Origin: a virus
Lineage: Duplodnaviria; Caudoviricetes
Reading direction: 5' to 3' (one strand)
IMG/VR virus record: IMGVR_UViG_3300028591_000085
Location: 1 to 64,000 of that record
DNA: 64,000 nt
In this document: positions 1 to 9,277 of the stretch, piece after piece
Numbering within the stretch: the first letter of the stretch is position 1
Layout of the letters: every line of letters begins with the position of its first letter
The notes under the pieces: generated by a model
Database searches by the model: none
What the model saw: only the letters and a program-made list of their open reading frames with translations
What the model was told of the DNA's origin: nothing
Position numbers and translations under genes: made by a program

Positions 1-107
1 TGATTATTAGTTGCAGGTTGTTGAGCCGGCTGATTATTAGTAGCAGGTTGTTGAGCCGGCTGATTATTAGTAGCAGGTTGTTGAGCCGGCTGATTATTAG
101 TAGCAGG
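1..107. repeat. 30-bp coding tandem repeat (~3.5 copies visible, truncated by the window) encoding PATNNQPAQQ
   Basis: tgattattagtWgcaggttgttgagccggc repeated head-to-tail with no spacers. Confidence 0.95.
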
Positions 108-1016
108 AGGAGTAGAAGATTTACCTTTTTTCTTTGCTTTTTCAGTTATATATGTTGAATTGCTAGATGATAAATCAATTGTATCATTAGTAGAATTCGT
201 AACAACTTCTTCACTAGTAGAAGCAGGCCGTTGTGAATTATTATTATTATTATCTCCTTTTTCAGCATTTTTTACGCCTTCGTCAGCCTTTTTCCAGAGA
301 GCTCTTAAACTGTCAAATGTTGATTTTGCATTTTTTGACAAATCGACCATATCTTTTCCAGTTCTTTGATATGATTTATTATTTTGATACCAATCCTTAA
401 AACGTTGAAGAAATGAACTAGATTTGGCTTGTCCATCATTCATCTGATCGCATTCTTCTTTAGAAAAAACTTTATCTAAACCTATTTTTTGAACAACGGT
501 CCATACTAATAGACCAGCACCTAAAGCAGCTGCTCCCCCACCAACATTACCAAGTTTTTTATTTAAACCGAACGTTAATACGGTTACTATTGTATTTAAT
601 ATTGAACCTATTATTTCTTTAACTTGCATAAATCCGTTAACAGATTTCACTAGTGATTCCGGTTGTTCACCATCAGGAGGAGGCGGGGGATCCCCATTAC
701 CAAATAACTTGCCAAACCAATTACCGATAGTATCGAAAATACTACTGATAAAATCACAGAGTTTTGACAATATTCCTCCTTTTTTTTGATTAGCTTCATT
801 TTCAGCTTCTTGATAAAGATATAATAAATCTTCATATGTCCCACTTTCAGAAAATACCTTAAGTTCGGCATCACGAATATTTTGTTCATATTCAAGATTT
901 ACCATTTCCCACATTGTATCAATGCGACTAAATGCATTATCTAATTTAGCATCTTCTATGGCTAAGTATCTTTCAATACCTGTAAGATAGCCATTGTATA
1001 CATTAGCATTATTCAT
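1..1016 (-). CDS. Putative virion (inner head-type) protein, runs off the window start; missing from the ORF track
   Basis: Open frame MNNANVYNGYLTGIERYLAIEDAKLD...LYQEAENEANQKKGGILSKLCDFI... from ATG 1016 with RBS AAGGAGAG; ends in PATNNQPAQQ repeats at the window edge. Confidence 0.85.
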   Translation of the reverse strand, partial: MNNANVYNGYLTGIERYLAIEDAKLDNAFSRIDTMWEMVNLEYEQNIRDAELKVFSESGTYEDLLYLYQEAENEANQKKGGILSKLCDFISSIFDTIGNWFGKLFGNGDPPPPPDGEQPESLVKSVNGFMQVKEIIGSILNTIVTVLTFGLNKKLGNVGGGAAALGAGLLVWTVVQKIGLDKVFSKEECDQMNDGQAKSSSFLQRFKDWYQNNKSYQRTGKDMVDLSKNAKSTFDSLRALWKKADEGVKNAEKGDNNNNNSQRPASTSEEVVTNSTNDTIDLSSSNSTYITEKAKKKGKSSTPPATNNQPAQQPATNNQPAQQPATNNQPAQQPATNN

Positions 1017-1030
1017 ATCACTTCTCTCCT

Positions 1031-1786
1031 TTATTTTTGATTATTTTCAGCATTCTTTTTATTTTCGACAGATTGATAACCTTTAAAGGTCTTAATAAAT
1101 TTCATGCCATTATTTACAAATTTACCAGCATATGTTCCCATTGCATTGAATATTTTACTTATTTTACCCTCTTCAATATTGTGTTCTCTCCGATACTCTT
1201 TCAGAGCAACCGACCTTAACGTTTCAGTTTTGCCTTTTTGAATAAGATGAAATTTATCATTTACCCAGTCACGTATTTTTGGCGCAACTGCTAATGCTGC
1301 TGCAGATGTAATTACCGCTTTACCATATTTCGATGCAAAATTTGCAGCTCCATCAACATATTTAGCAACGACATGATCATCAATATGAGTACCTTTCGAA
1401 ATAGCTTGAATCATTTTTCTACCTTCAAGTATTTTGTCGTCGCATTCTTTATTTATTTTTTCAATGTCAACAGTATAAATTTCTTTTCCTGCATTGCTTT
1501 TTAGAAATGACTGTGTGTCAATATGGTCTTTAGAACCAAATAACGATGCTACTGCATTTGCGAGATTTTTTAATGCATTCATAATAGCATCAGCAATACG
1601 ACTTATAAAAGCTCCAAACTTACTCTGTTTTTGTTCAGGTACTGTTTCATTTTCATCTTCGGTATATATACCTAAAGATAAAATGTTTGATTCAATTAAA
1701 TAGTCATTAAGAAGTTTATCTATTTCAATTTTATATTCAAGAAATTCTATATCAATTTCTTTATCAGATATATCATTAAAAATCAT
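1031..1786 (-). CDS. Putative virion inner-head protein
   Basis: ATG 1786 preferred over TTG 1795 (RBS AAAGGAG); acidic N-terminus with LIES/YTED followed by amphipathic SKFGAFISRIADAI helix, as in the neighbouring gene. Confidence 0.6.
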   Translation of the reverse strand: MIFNDISDKEIDIEFLEYKIEIDKLLNDYLIESNILSLGIYTEDENETVPEQKQSKFGAFISRIADAIMNALKNLANAVASLFGSKDHIDTQSFLKSNAGKEIYTVDIEKINKECDDKILEGRKMIQAISKGTHIDDHVVAKYVDGAANFASKYGKAVITSAAALAVAPKIRDWVNDKFHLIQKGKTETLRSVALKEYRREHNIEEGKISKIFNAMGTYAGKFVNNGMKFIKTFKGYQSVENKKNAENNQK

Positions 1787-1832
1787 TATTTTCAACTCCT
1801 TTATTAGATTTTTAATAAAAAATCTTTGTCAT

Positions 1833-1845
1833 TTATTATTATGTT
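1833..1845 (-). promoter_or_regulatory. Late-type promoter AACA-N6-TAA
   Basis: AACAtaataaTAA upstream of the 1786 start. Confidence 0.6.
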
Positions 1846-1847
1846 TT

Positions 1848-1903
1848 TTTAGAAACATTAGTACTTATCTTTTATTTAAGATAGAAATACTAATGTTTCT
1901 AAA
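1848..1903. terminator. Intrinsic terminator-like inverted repeat
   Basis: tttagaaacattagta / tactaatgtttctaaa just after the 1909 stop. Confidence 0.7.
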
Positions 1904-1908
1904 TATTA

Positions 1909-2559
1909 TTAAATAACATGTATTTTTGAAAGGCATACATGAATTACTATCATAAAACGTATCAAATCATTCATTATCACTGCTGAACTATATAATGATA
2001 ATGATTTTTTCATTAAATCTGATAAATCTGACATTGATTTAGAAAATACATCGTAACATTCTTCTATATCTTTAAGTAATTCATTTTTATCAATTTCTAT
2101 AGAATTATTATCTGATACTTCAAAATTATATTTATTCATATAATAATCAAACGTTTTTTGAAAATTATACACTTCCATCCGATTTTCTTCATCAGAATTA
2201 TATGACTGATAATGTATCAAATCCCAATCTATATGTTTGATTTTTTCTTGAAAGTACACAGAAACTTCTCGTGATGAATAATATTTCCTGTTTTCACTCG
2301 ATTCTATTTTTTCAATAAAGTTTTTATATTTATCTTCATATAATTTAAGAATTTTCAAGCTCGTTACATAAAGAATATCCTTAAAAATATTCTCAGATTC
2401 ACAAATTAAAAAAGATATTAATCTATCTTCAGTATTTATGTTTCGTTGTCTAACTTCAATTAATAATGCATCAGTATATTTTTGAAGTTTATAGACGATA
2501 TTAACTATACAATCATAGTAATTTCCAATCATTTCTGTTAAGAAATTAGTATTACTCAT
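1909..2559 (-). CDS. Hypothetical protein (structural cluster)
   Basis: 216-aa ORF with RBS AGGCGGTG. Confidence 0.7.
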   Translation of the reverse strand: MSNTNFLTEMIGNYYDCIVNIVYKLQKYTDALLIEVRQRNINTEDRLISFLICESENIFKDILYVTSLKILKLYEDKYKNFIEKIESSENRKYYSSREVSVYFQEKIKHIDWDLIHYQSYNSDEENRMEVYNFQKTFDYYMNKYNFEVSDNNSIEIDKNELLKDIEECYDVFSKSMSDLSDLMKKSLSLYSSAVIMNDLIRFMIVIHVCLSKIHVI

Positions 2560-2584
2560 ATTTTAATCACCGCCTATTAATAAC

Positions 2585-3313
2585 TTAGAAAAGTTGAAAT
2601 TTTTTAGAAGTGTCTTCCGGTTCAGTATTAATGTGAATACAATTATTAATATTCTTAAAAATATCAACACACTTCTTTATCATTTTATATGTAAAATAAG
2701 TAAGTGAATTTTTTAAAAGTTTAATTGCTTCACATGTTAACGGAGTTATAGTCTGTTGTCCTTCAAGACTTTGAACTAATGTGATGAATCTTGTATTCAT
2801 ATTATCAATTTCGTTTCTGAATTTAATAATAAATTCAATATTAGTTAATGCATTTGGAATACTGATATTTTCACAAAGATTATATTCTCCACCAAAAAGA
2901 GATTTAACAAAACTTTGATCTTTCTCTTTAGCTTTAGTTAACGAGTCATTAAACTTACTCAATACCTCTGCCGAAGAATCAGGATTTGAACGAATTATAT
3001 CAGAAACAAAATCAATCATACCATTACTATATTCTTTATATATTTCAAGTGCTTTAGACAAGCTATAGCAACAAACTTGTTTATTGGGATTAAATATTAC
3101 TGATCTTGGATCATCGAATAACGAATATACCCAACTAATATCTTTTGCTGCAACATCTACTGAAAAAAATGTTGAAATCATCTTCTTATATTTCTGCATT
3201 TCATCGGTAAATCTATCACAGATATCTCCAGCCTTCATATTGCATATATCTAAATCAGTATGAACTGATTTAAGATTATTAATAAACCCACCAATTTTAT
3301 CGCTACATATCAT
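2585..3313 (-). CDS. Hypothetical protein (structural cluster)
   Basis: 242-aa ORF with RBS AAGGAGGG. Confidence 0.75.
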   Translation of the reverse strand: MICSDKIGGFINNLKSVHTDLDICNMKAGDICDRFTDEMQKYKKMISTFFSVDVAAKDISWVYSLFDDPRSVIFNPNKQVCCYSLSKALEIYKEYSNGMIDFVSDIIRSNPDSSAEVLSKFNDSLTKAKEKDQSFVKSLFGGEYNLCENISIPNALTNIEFIIKFRNEIDNMNTRFITLVQSLEGQQTITPLTCEAIKLLKNSLTYFTYKMIKKCVDIFKNINNCIHINTEPEDTSKKFQLF

Positions 3314-3329
3314 ATATTATAACCCTCCT

Positions 3330-4361
3330 TTATACGAACTCAAAAGGGGAATCCGAAACTTCATTTTGAATACTATTAATAGTTAACATTTTATTACTTT
3401 CTTTTATATCTTTTTTACCTTTTTCTTTTGATTTAACTGCATTTACTTTTAATGTATTTGCAAGTTTTAATAATTTATTTTTTGTTTTATTTTGTTTTTC
3501 TAATATTTTCTTTTTCTTTTCAGCAGTAAATGCAGTATTAGAATTAACACATGCTGCATTCATTTCAAGAAATGCAGCTTGCATTTCAAGAGATTTAGAT
3601 AACTGCTCTCTTAAATGATATATTTGATATATACATTCTCTAGTTACAGGAACAATTGACATAGCAACTAATGATATAGCTGCAAGTCCAACAACCATTT
3701 CTGAACCAAGGAAATTATTTCTACCTTTTTCACAGAGGCTTTCGAGCATCTTTCTATAATCAATACCCATTTTGTCATTTACATTATTAAATTTTCTAAG
3801 TTGTTCAAAATAGAAGAGATCCGCTCTCAACGTATCATTTTTTAATACGATTGTCATAATCTGGTCAGTAGGTCTTCTCATATAATCGACAAACTGATAG
3901 AGTAATGTGCTAGTAGCTTCAACACATGTATACACATAAGTATTATATTCAAGCTCAACATACTCTGTTTTAGTTTGATATCCTTTCATATATGTAGATG
4001 AAAGGTTCTCTATATTTCTAAGAGCTTTCTGTACAATATTGACGTATTCTAATACGTTACTATTTTTCTGATCAGCTGCAAGATTATACAGAATATTCAG
4101 AGTTTCAACCATATTGGGATAACCCTCATAATTTTTAATATTTCCTTCAGATTTTGGTATTGAACCAAAATTTATATGTTTTTTATCTATGACTGATTGA
4201 AATAATTTTTGTTGATATTTCTTTGTAACAGGAGAATTAGCATCTTCTAATACAGTTTGAATATTTTCATATTCGTGTCCATATGTTTTAGTATTATATT
4301 CATTCTCCATTAATATATTAATAGATTCGGAAAGCATTCCATTAAACGGCATACAATTCAT
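3330..4361 (-). CDS. Putative virion structural protein
   Basis: 343 aa, RBS AAAGGAG, N-terminal LSES/LMEN/VLED, hydrophobic segment near aa 220-240, coiled-coil C-terminus. Confidence 0.6.
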   Translation of the reverse strand: MNCMPFNGMLSESINILMENEYNTKTYGHEYENIQTVLEDANSPVTKKYQQKLFQSVIDKKHINFGSIPKSEGNIKNYEGYPNMVETLNILYNLAADQKNSNVLEYVNIVQKALRNIENLSSTYMKGYQTKTEYVELEYNTYVYTCVEATSTLLYQFVDYMRRPTDQIMTIVLKNDTLRADLFYFEQLRKFNNVNDKMGIDYRKMLESLCEKGRNNFLGSEMVVGLAAISLVAMSIVPVTRECIYQIYHLREQLSKSLEMQAAFLEMNAACVNSNTAFTAEKKKKILEKQNKTKNKLLKLANTLKVNAVKSKEKGKKDIKESNKMLTINSIQNEVSDSPFEFV

Positions 4362-4369
4362 CTCCTTTA

Positions 4370-5653
4370 TTAATGACTGATCATACGACCAATCTCTCGC
4401 CCAAGCTTATTAGAAGACATAGAGTTTTCTCTTTCAAGGGTTTCAAGAGCATAAGTCTGATATGCGTTGTCACCATCGTATAATATATTTAAGGTTCCTG
4501 TAGCTTCATCAACAACTACAAATGCTACCAAGAAAAGATTATTCATAATTCTCTTAGCAATTGCAGCATCTCTTACGTGTATAGCTAAATTATTCTCTAA
4601 ATAATCAGCTTCATATGAGGATATTGCAATAGTAGCATTAGGAATTATGGCATGAGGTACAGTTAAATCATGAAGACCAAAATGTCTCTTTTTCAATCTT
4701 CTTAATGTAGGGAACCATCTATTATTTCTATTAGCAGCATCAGTTTTTATTTCATCAAGATTAAGAATTATATTCTTAAATAATGATATTTCACCAGAAG
4801 TCCATCTAAGAAATTTAAAGAATAAACTCTTGTTTTGTAAAGCCCTTTGAATATTTACAATCATATCATCTGATTTAATCGGATGCATTACAGCTTTGAC
4901 ACCAATTATAAAATCAATATACTGGAAGAATTCATTTTTTTCATTTTTTGCAATTAATCTAACTTGAATTCCATACGGAGTTATATCATTAGATTTTTTT
5001 ACATCTTTATCTAATAATTTAGGAGCCATACGCCTATCTGTTTGACTCATCATATCTTTACGATTTTCTTTATCCAGTTGCTTAAGTTTTGAATCCGCTA
5101 CACGATTCATTAAATCATATGCATTAGTCATATCACTTTCAGCTTCAGCAAAAGGATGTAAATCAAATTCAGACATATGTTCACGTAATCCATCTTTATG
5201 GCTTTCAACCATTTCTTTAGAAGCTCTGTCTATTCCAGATATGAGCATGCCATAAGTTTTATTATAATTCATAAATAGTAACGCTTCACCATCATACGCT
5301 TCTTGAACACATTTTTCATATAATTCTCCATTATCTTCTTGAACTGATTCAAGACGGATATTTTGATGAAGCCTCTTTAAATATGACATTGGAGTAGGAT
5401 CCAACGACATATCCATTATAGGATGCATTGAAATCCATGTTTGTGTTAAATCTGCATATACTCTATCAAGAGTCCTAACTAATGTATTAGCTAAATCAAT
5501 GGGTATAGTATCTGATACTAAACAAGGAAATTGAAAAGTGGCATCATTAGCACCACGAATTATAGATTTATTATTAACTTTTATTGAGTTTAACTGAGAA
5601 GTGATTTCAGGACCTTTTCTAAGTAAAGCCGAAATTTCGTCTACCATTCCCAT
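4370..5653 (-). CDS. Putative virion structural protein
   Basis: Start moved to ATG 5653 (RBS GAAGGAGG, late promoter at 5703-5715); FPCLVSDTIPID...IGVKAVMHPI resembles structural proteins of Bacillus-type jumbo phages (recollection). Confidence 0.6.
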   Translation of the reverse strand: MGMVDEISALLRKGPEITSQLNSIKVNNKSIIRGANDATFQFPCLVSDTIPIDLANTLVRTLDRVYADLTQTWISMHPIMDMSLDPTPMSYLKRLHQNIRLESVQEDNGELYEKCVQEAYDGEALLFMNYNKTYGMLISGIDRASKEMVESHKDGLREHMSEFDLHPFAEAESDMTNAYDLMNRVADSKLKQLDKENRKDMMSQTDRRMAPKLLDKDVKKSNDITPYGIQVRLIAKNEKNEFFQYIDFIIGVKAVMHPIKSDDMIVNIQRALQNKSLFFKFLRWTSGEISLFKNIILNLDEIKTDAANRNNRWFPTLRRLKKRHFGLHDLTVPHAIIPNATIAISSYEADYLENNLAIHVRDAAIAKRIMNNLFLVAFVVVDEATGTLNILYDGDNAYQTYALETLERENSMSSNKLGREIGRMISH

Positions 5654-5702
5654 AGTATAAACCTCCTTCAAATAATATTTTTTTATTACAAAAAAATCAT
5701 AA

Positions 5703-5715
5703 TTAAATATATGTT
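5703..5715 (-). promoter_or_regulatory. Late-type promoter AACA-N6-TAA
   Basis: AACAtatattTAA. Confidence 0.6.
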
Positions 5716-5740
5716 TTTCATAGGTTTTTATAGAGAATAA

Positions 5741-5753
5741 GACAGTTGAATAA
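5741..5753 (+). promoter_or_regulatory. Late-type promoter GACA-N6-TAA
   Basis: GACAgttgaaTAA upstream of 5781. Confidence 0.5.
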
Positions 5754-5780
5754 TATTTTATTGTCGGGGAGTCTTGTCCT

Positions 5781-6143
5781 ATGTTATTGTATATTGCTGT
5801 TGTATTATTAATCATTGTCTTCGTTTTAGTATTTATGATGTGGTGGGAATCATCAGGTGATAAATATATTGAATATGAAGATGATGTTGAGATTATTAGT
5901 CGTCATAAACCTGACGGAGAAAAATTTGATGATTATACGGTAATAGTTAAATATAAATTAATGGATGATATTGATGTATTAACTGGTAAAGATAATTATT
6001 TAATTTCAACTATTTGTAGTTACAATAATACAGCATTGGCTATTATAAGACGGTCAAAAAGTAGAAATGGAAATATTTATTATATGGTCGTTTCATTTTC
6101 TAACCGTAATTTAAATAAATTAATGAAAAATGAAAGGAGTTAA
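5781..6143 (+). CDS. Membrane-anchored hypothetical protein
   Basis: N-terminal TM helix MLLYIAVVLLIIVFVLVFMMWW; RBS GGGGAG. Confidence 0.7.
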   Translation: MLLYIAVVLLIIVFVLVFMMWWESSGDKYIEYEDDVEIISRHKPDGEKFDDYTVIVKYKLMDDIDVLTGKDNYLISTICSYNNTALAIIRRSKSRNGNIYYMVVSFSNRNLNKLMKNERS

Positions 6144-6150
6144 TAATAAA

Positions 6151-7032
6151 ATGACTAATACAGATAAATTATTTATTGAAATGTGTAATGATATACTTGA
6201 AAACGGAACTACTAATTTAGGACAAAAAGTACGGCCTGTGTGGGAAGATGGTACTCCTGCATATACTAAAAAAATATTTGGAGTAATAAATAGATATGAT
6301 TTGAGAAAAGAATTCCCCGCTTTAACTTTAAGACGTACTGCGATAAAAAGTGCAGTAGACGAAATTTTATGGATATACCAAAAGAAATCAAATAATATTC
6401 ATGAGCTTAATTCTCATATATGGGATCAATGGGCTGATGAAACGGGTAGCATAGGCAAAGCTTATGGTTATCAAGCAGGACTAAAAAATATACAAAGAAA
6501 TATTCTCGGAGATGATAATCAATATCATTTAAAAATGATAGATCAAGTTGAATCTGTTTTATACGATTTAAAACATGAACCTTTTAGTAGACGAATGATT
6601 TTGAATCTATTTAATTTTGCAGATTTACATGAAATGCATCTTCAACCTTGTTGTTGGTCTTGTACATTTAATGTAAGTGATGAAGGTGGAAATAAACCTG
6701 TATTAAATATGATTCTCAATCAACGATCTAATGATGTTCTTGTTGCTAACAATTGGAATGTTGTTCAGTACGCATCACTGTTAATGATGTTTGCTCAGGT
6801 ATCAAATATGATACCTGGTGAGTTAGTCCATGTTATAGCAGACGCTCATATTTATGACAGACATTTTGATATTGTAAAAGAAGTTATATCCAGACCTTCA
6901 ACTAATATAACTCCTATAGTAACAATAGACCCTGATATAAAAGATTTTAAGGACTTTACCGTGAAGTCTTTTAATATAGAAAGATACGCATTTAATCCAA
7001 AATCAGTAGGAAAAATACCAGTAGCTATTTAA
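6151..7032 (+). CDS. thyA: Thymidylate synthase
   Basis: IWDQWAD, SRRM, catalytic PC (LQPCC), QRSND, NNWN, DAHIYDRH, C-terminal PVAI; start 6151 fits RBS AAAGGAG. Confidence 0.97.
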   Translation: MTNTDKLFIEMCNDILENGTTNLGQKVRPVWEDGTPAYTKKIFGVINRYDLRKEFPALTLRRTAIKSAVDEILWIYQKKSNNIHELNSHIWDQWADETGSIGKAYGYQAGLKNIQRNILGDDNQYHLKMIDQVESVLYDLKHEPFSRRMILNLFNFADLHEMHLQPCCWSCTFNVSDEGGNKPVLNMILNQRSNDVLVANNWNVVQYASLLMMFAQVSNMIPGELVHVIADAHIYDRHFDIVKEVISRPSTNITPIVTIDPDIKDFKDFTVKSFNIERYAFNPKSVGKIPVAI

Positions 7033-7042
7033 GGAGAATAAT

Positions 7043-7666
7043 ATGAAACTAATAGCATGCATTGATCAAAACTTTAATATAGGAAAAAATAATGAATTAT
7101 TATTTCATATCCCTGAAGATATGGAACATTTTAAGAAAGAAACTATAAATAATATTGTAGTAATGGGTCGAAAAACATATGAAAGTATGGGTAGTAGACC
7201 TCTAACTAATAGATTAAATATAGTAATAACTAATCAATATGAAAAAATGCAAAAAGCAACTATTAAATACCATCCTCAAGCTAATCAGAGTGTTATATTT
7301 ATGAGTATGATGGAATTTCTTAATGGATATTTACCAACAACTCCTTCAGAAACTTTTGATAAAATTTATGTAATAGGGGGAGCTCAGATTTATAACTATT
7401 TGCTTCCACTATGTGATACATTAGATTTAACACGTGTTCATACTACAGTTGAAGATGCTGATTCTCGGATAGAAAATCTGTCATATGAAAACTTTTATAA
7501 ATCTAATGAGGACGATAGTTTTTATGATGATATGTATTTATTATATAATTCAAAAGAGGATGCAATGCGTTATGAACTTAGTTCAGGAATTTTCAATATG
7601 ACGTCCGAAAAAGAAAAAGTTCGTTATGACTTTTTACTTTATAAATTAAAATCTATATTGAGGTGA
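7043..7666 (+). CDS. folA: Dihydrofolate reductase
   Basis: IGKNNEL, PEDMEHFKKET, VVMGRKTYES, RPLTNRLNIVIT, YVIGGAQIY. Confidence 0.96.
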   Translation: MKLIACIDQNFNIGKNNELLFHIPEDMEHFKKETINNIVVMGRKTYESMGSRPLTNRLNIVITNQYEKMQKATIKYHPQANQSVIFMSMMEFLNGYLPTTPSETFDKIYVIGGAQIYNYLLPLCDTLDLTRVHTTVEDADSRIENLSYENFYKSNEDDSFYDDMYLLYNSKEDAMRYELSSGIFNMTSEKEKVRYDFLLYKLKSILR

Positions 7667-7676
7667 AATATTAATA

Positions 7677-8102
7677 ATGAAATTTACAAATTTAACTGGA
7701 ACCCCGATAACAATAGTTGATAACAAATCTAAGCATATGAAAACACACCAGATTAAAGCGTCTGATAAATTTATAATAATTGAAGATGGTGAATATGTAC
7801 CTGTAACAAGGATAGATTCACTCCCGATATCTCGTTTGAAAAACTACAATGAAGTAACTTTGTCAGTTGTTCGTGATGATGGTAAAATAGATATTAATAT
7901 TTTACCTTCTCAATTAAATAGTATTTTTCCAAAGATAGAAGATCATTTCTATATAGTCAGATATGAATGCATCAGATTTTTTGTTAATCGAAACGATGTA
8001 TTATTTCCATCTGAACCTTATAGATATTTAAACACTTCTAGAGGAAAACTTGAACTTAGTGATGGGAAGTATCTCAGTTTATGCCAGAATCCGTTCTGCT
8101 AA
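7677..8102 (+). CDS. Divergent NLTPH-family (Crn4-like) protein
   Basis: NLTGTPITI...FYIV...RNDVLFP aligns with 42713..43066 (NLTPHMVTI...IYVV...REDVFIP). Confidence 0.5.
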   Translation: MKFTNLTGTPITIVDNKSKHMKTHQIKASDKFIIIEDGEYVPVTRIDSLPISRLKNYNEVTLSVVRDDGKIDINILPSQLNSIFPKIEDHFYIVRYECIRFFVNRNDVLFPSEPYRYLNTSRGKLELSDGKYLSLCQNPFC

Positions 8103-8149
8103 ATAAAATACCTCGTAGCAAATATATTTGCTACGAGGTATTTTATTTT
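8101..8149. terminator. Bidirectional terminator
   Basis: Perfect ~23-bp inverted repeat aaataaaatacctcgtagcaaat/atttgctacgaggtattttattt between convergent genes. Confidence 0.9.
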
Positions 8150-9043
8150 TTATTTAGTATTTATTATTACAGTAAAAAGTGCTGTAATGAAATTACTACC
8201 AGCAATGCCATTTTCAACATATCCAAGTTTATTTAGAAATTCATTGACTGCTTTCTGTGTACCAGAACCGAACGAAGGGGTATTGTCAACAGTTGCAGTT
8301 ATTATTTTTTTCTGTTTTGCTAACATAAGAAGTTTCTTAAGAGCTAAAACACCATTATCCGAATCTTTATATTTATATCCAGTACTATCTAATGTAGCTT
8401 TAACTGGGGCTTTATTAGAAGACTTAGGATAACCATTCAGACCTTGCTTCATTATAACTGAAGGATAGTCAATGCATGCTTTATTTAAATCAACATCACC
8501 ATATACACCAGGAATATTACCTTTGAATGAATACTGATGAATTCCACATTCCATTGTAGGTGAACCGACTGTATTAGCACACCATAATGCATAACGCTTT
8601 AATATCTGAGCTGAAACTTTTTGCGTAAGGAAGTCATCGTAACTATAAAGCATTGCAAAATATCCAGCCTTTTCAAGTATATTACAAAATGTTGTAATGA
8701 TTCTTCCTATTATATCCTTATTAAGACCTACTTGACATTCGTCCTCAATATCGAATGCAACAGGCATATTAAATTTCTTTCCTTTAATAATCTCAAGGAA
8801 TAACTTAGCTTCGAGTTCAGCATCAGCTACAGTTGTTGCATATGAATACCAATAGGCACCAATGCATAAACCTGCTGCAGATGCATTCTTGTAGTGAGTC
8901 TCAAAACACTTGTCCTTTTGAGATTTATACTTACCATAACCGGCTCTTATCATAACAAAGTTAATACCACTGTTCTTAACTTTTGTCATGTTAACATTAG
9001 GGTTATGCTCTGAAACGTCGATACCTTTATAATCCCAACTCAT
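8150..9043 (-). CDS. Endolysin: GH25 muramidase plus C-terminal peptidoglycan-binding domain
   Basis: GIDVSEHN, FVMIRAGYG, GAYWYSY, FDIED, HQYS, DVDLN; C-terminal FGSGTQKAV...NGIAG. Confidence 0.93.
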   Translation of the reverse strand: MSWDYKGIDVSEHNPNVNMTKVKNSGINFVMIRAGYGKYKSQKDKCFETHYKNASAAGLCIGAYWYSYATTVADAELEAKLFLEIIKGKKFNMPVAFDIEDECQVGLNKDIIGRIITTFCNILEKAGYFAMLYSYDDFLTQKVSAQILKRYALWCANTVGSPTMECGIHQYSFKGNIPGVYGDVDLNKACIDYPSVIMKQGLNGYPKSSNKAPVKATLDSTGYKYKDSDNGVLALKKLLMLAKQKKIITATVDNTPSFGSGTQKAVNEFLNKLGYVENGIAGSNFITALFTVIINTK

Positions 9044-9225
9044 TTCTTTCCCTCCATTTTCTTATAATGATTAGATGCAGCTTTAATCATATCTTGATGG
9101 GTGTCAATAATTCGTTGTATAGTAGTTTGTGAAAATCTATATATATTTGATAACTCTTCGATGTTAGCACCAAATATATAAGACTTAATTATTTGACGAA
9201 TCGTCTGATCAGTCATTATAATCAC
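9040..9225 (-). CDS. Small HTH protein coupled to the endolysin
   Basis: GANIEELSNIYRFSQTTIQRII HTH pattern; ATGA overlap with the lysin start. Confidence 0.65.
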   Translation of the reverse strand: MIIMTDQTIRQIIKSYIFGANIEELSNIYRFSQTTIQRIIDTHQDMIKAASNHYKKMEGKK

Positions 9226-9241
9226 TCCTTTCAGGATTTTT

Positions 9242-9254
9242 TTATGAGATTGTT
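9242..9254 (-). promoter_or_regulatory. Late-type promoter AACA-N6-TAA
   Basis: AACAatctcaTAA. Confidence 0.6.
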
Positions 9255-9277
9255 TTAGAGTAACAATACTGTATTAT

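Noticed and set aside
1-107. 30-bp repeats as a CRISPR array
   Set aside because: No spacers; the unit is a multiple of 3 within an open frame
160-895. Track ORFs 160..369(+) and 650..895(-)
   Set aside because: Shadows of the real <1..1016 minus-strand gene
5654-5815. N-terminal 54 aa of track ORF 4370..5815
   Set aside because: Overlaps divergent promoters and the 5781 gene; the RBS supports ATG 5653
5781-6143. Holin call
   Set aside because: A single TM helix is the only evidence, and the gene is on the opposite strand from the lysin in the thyA operon
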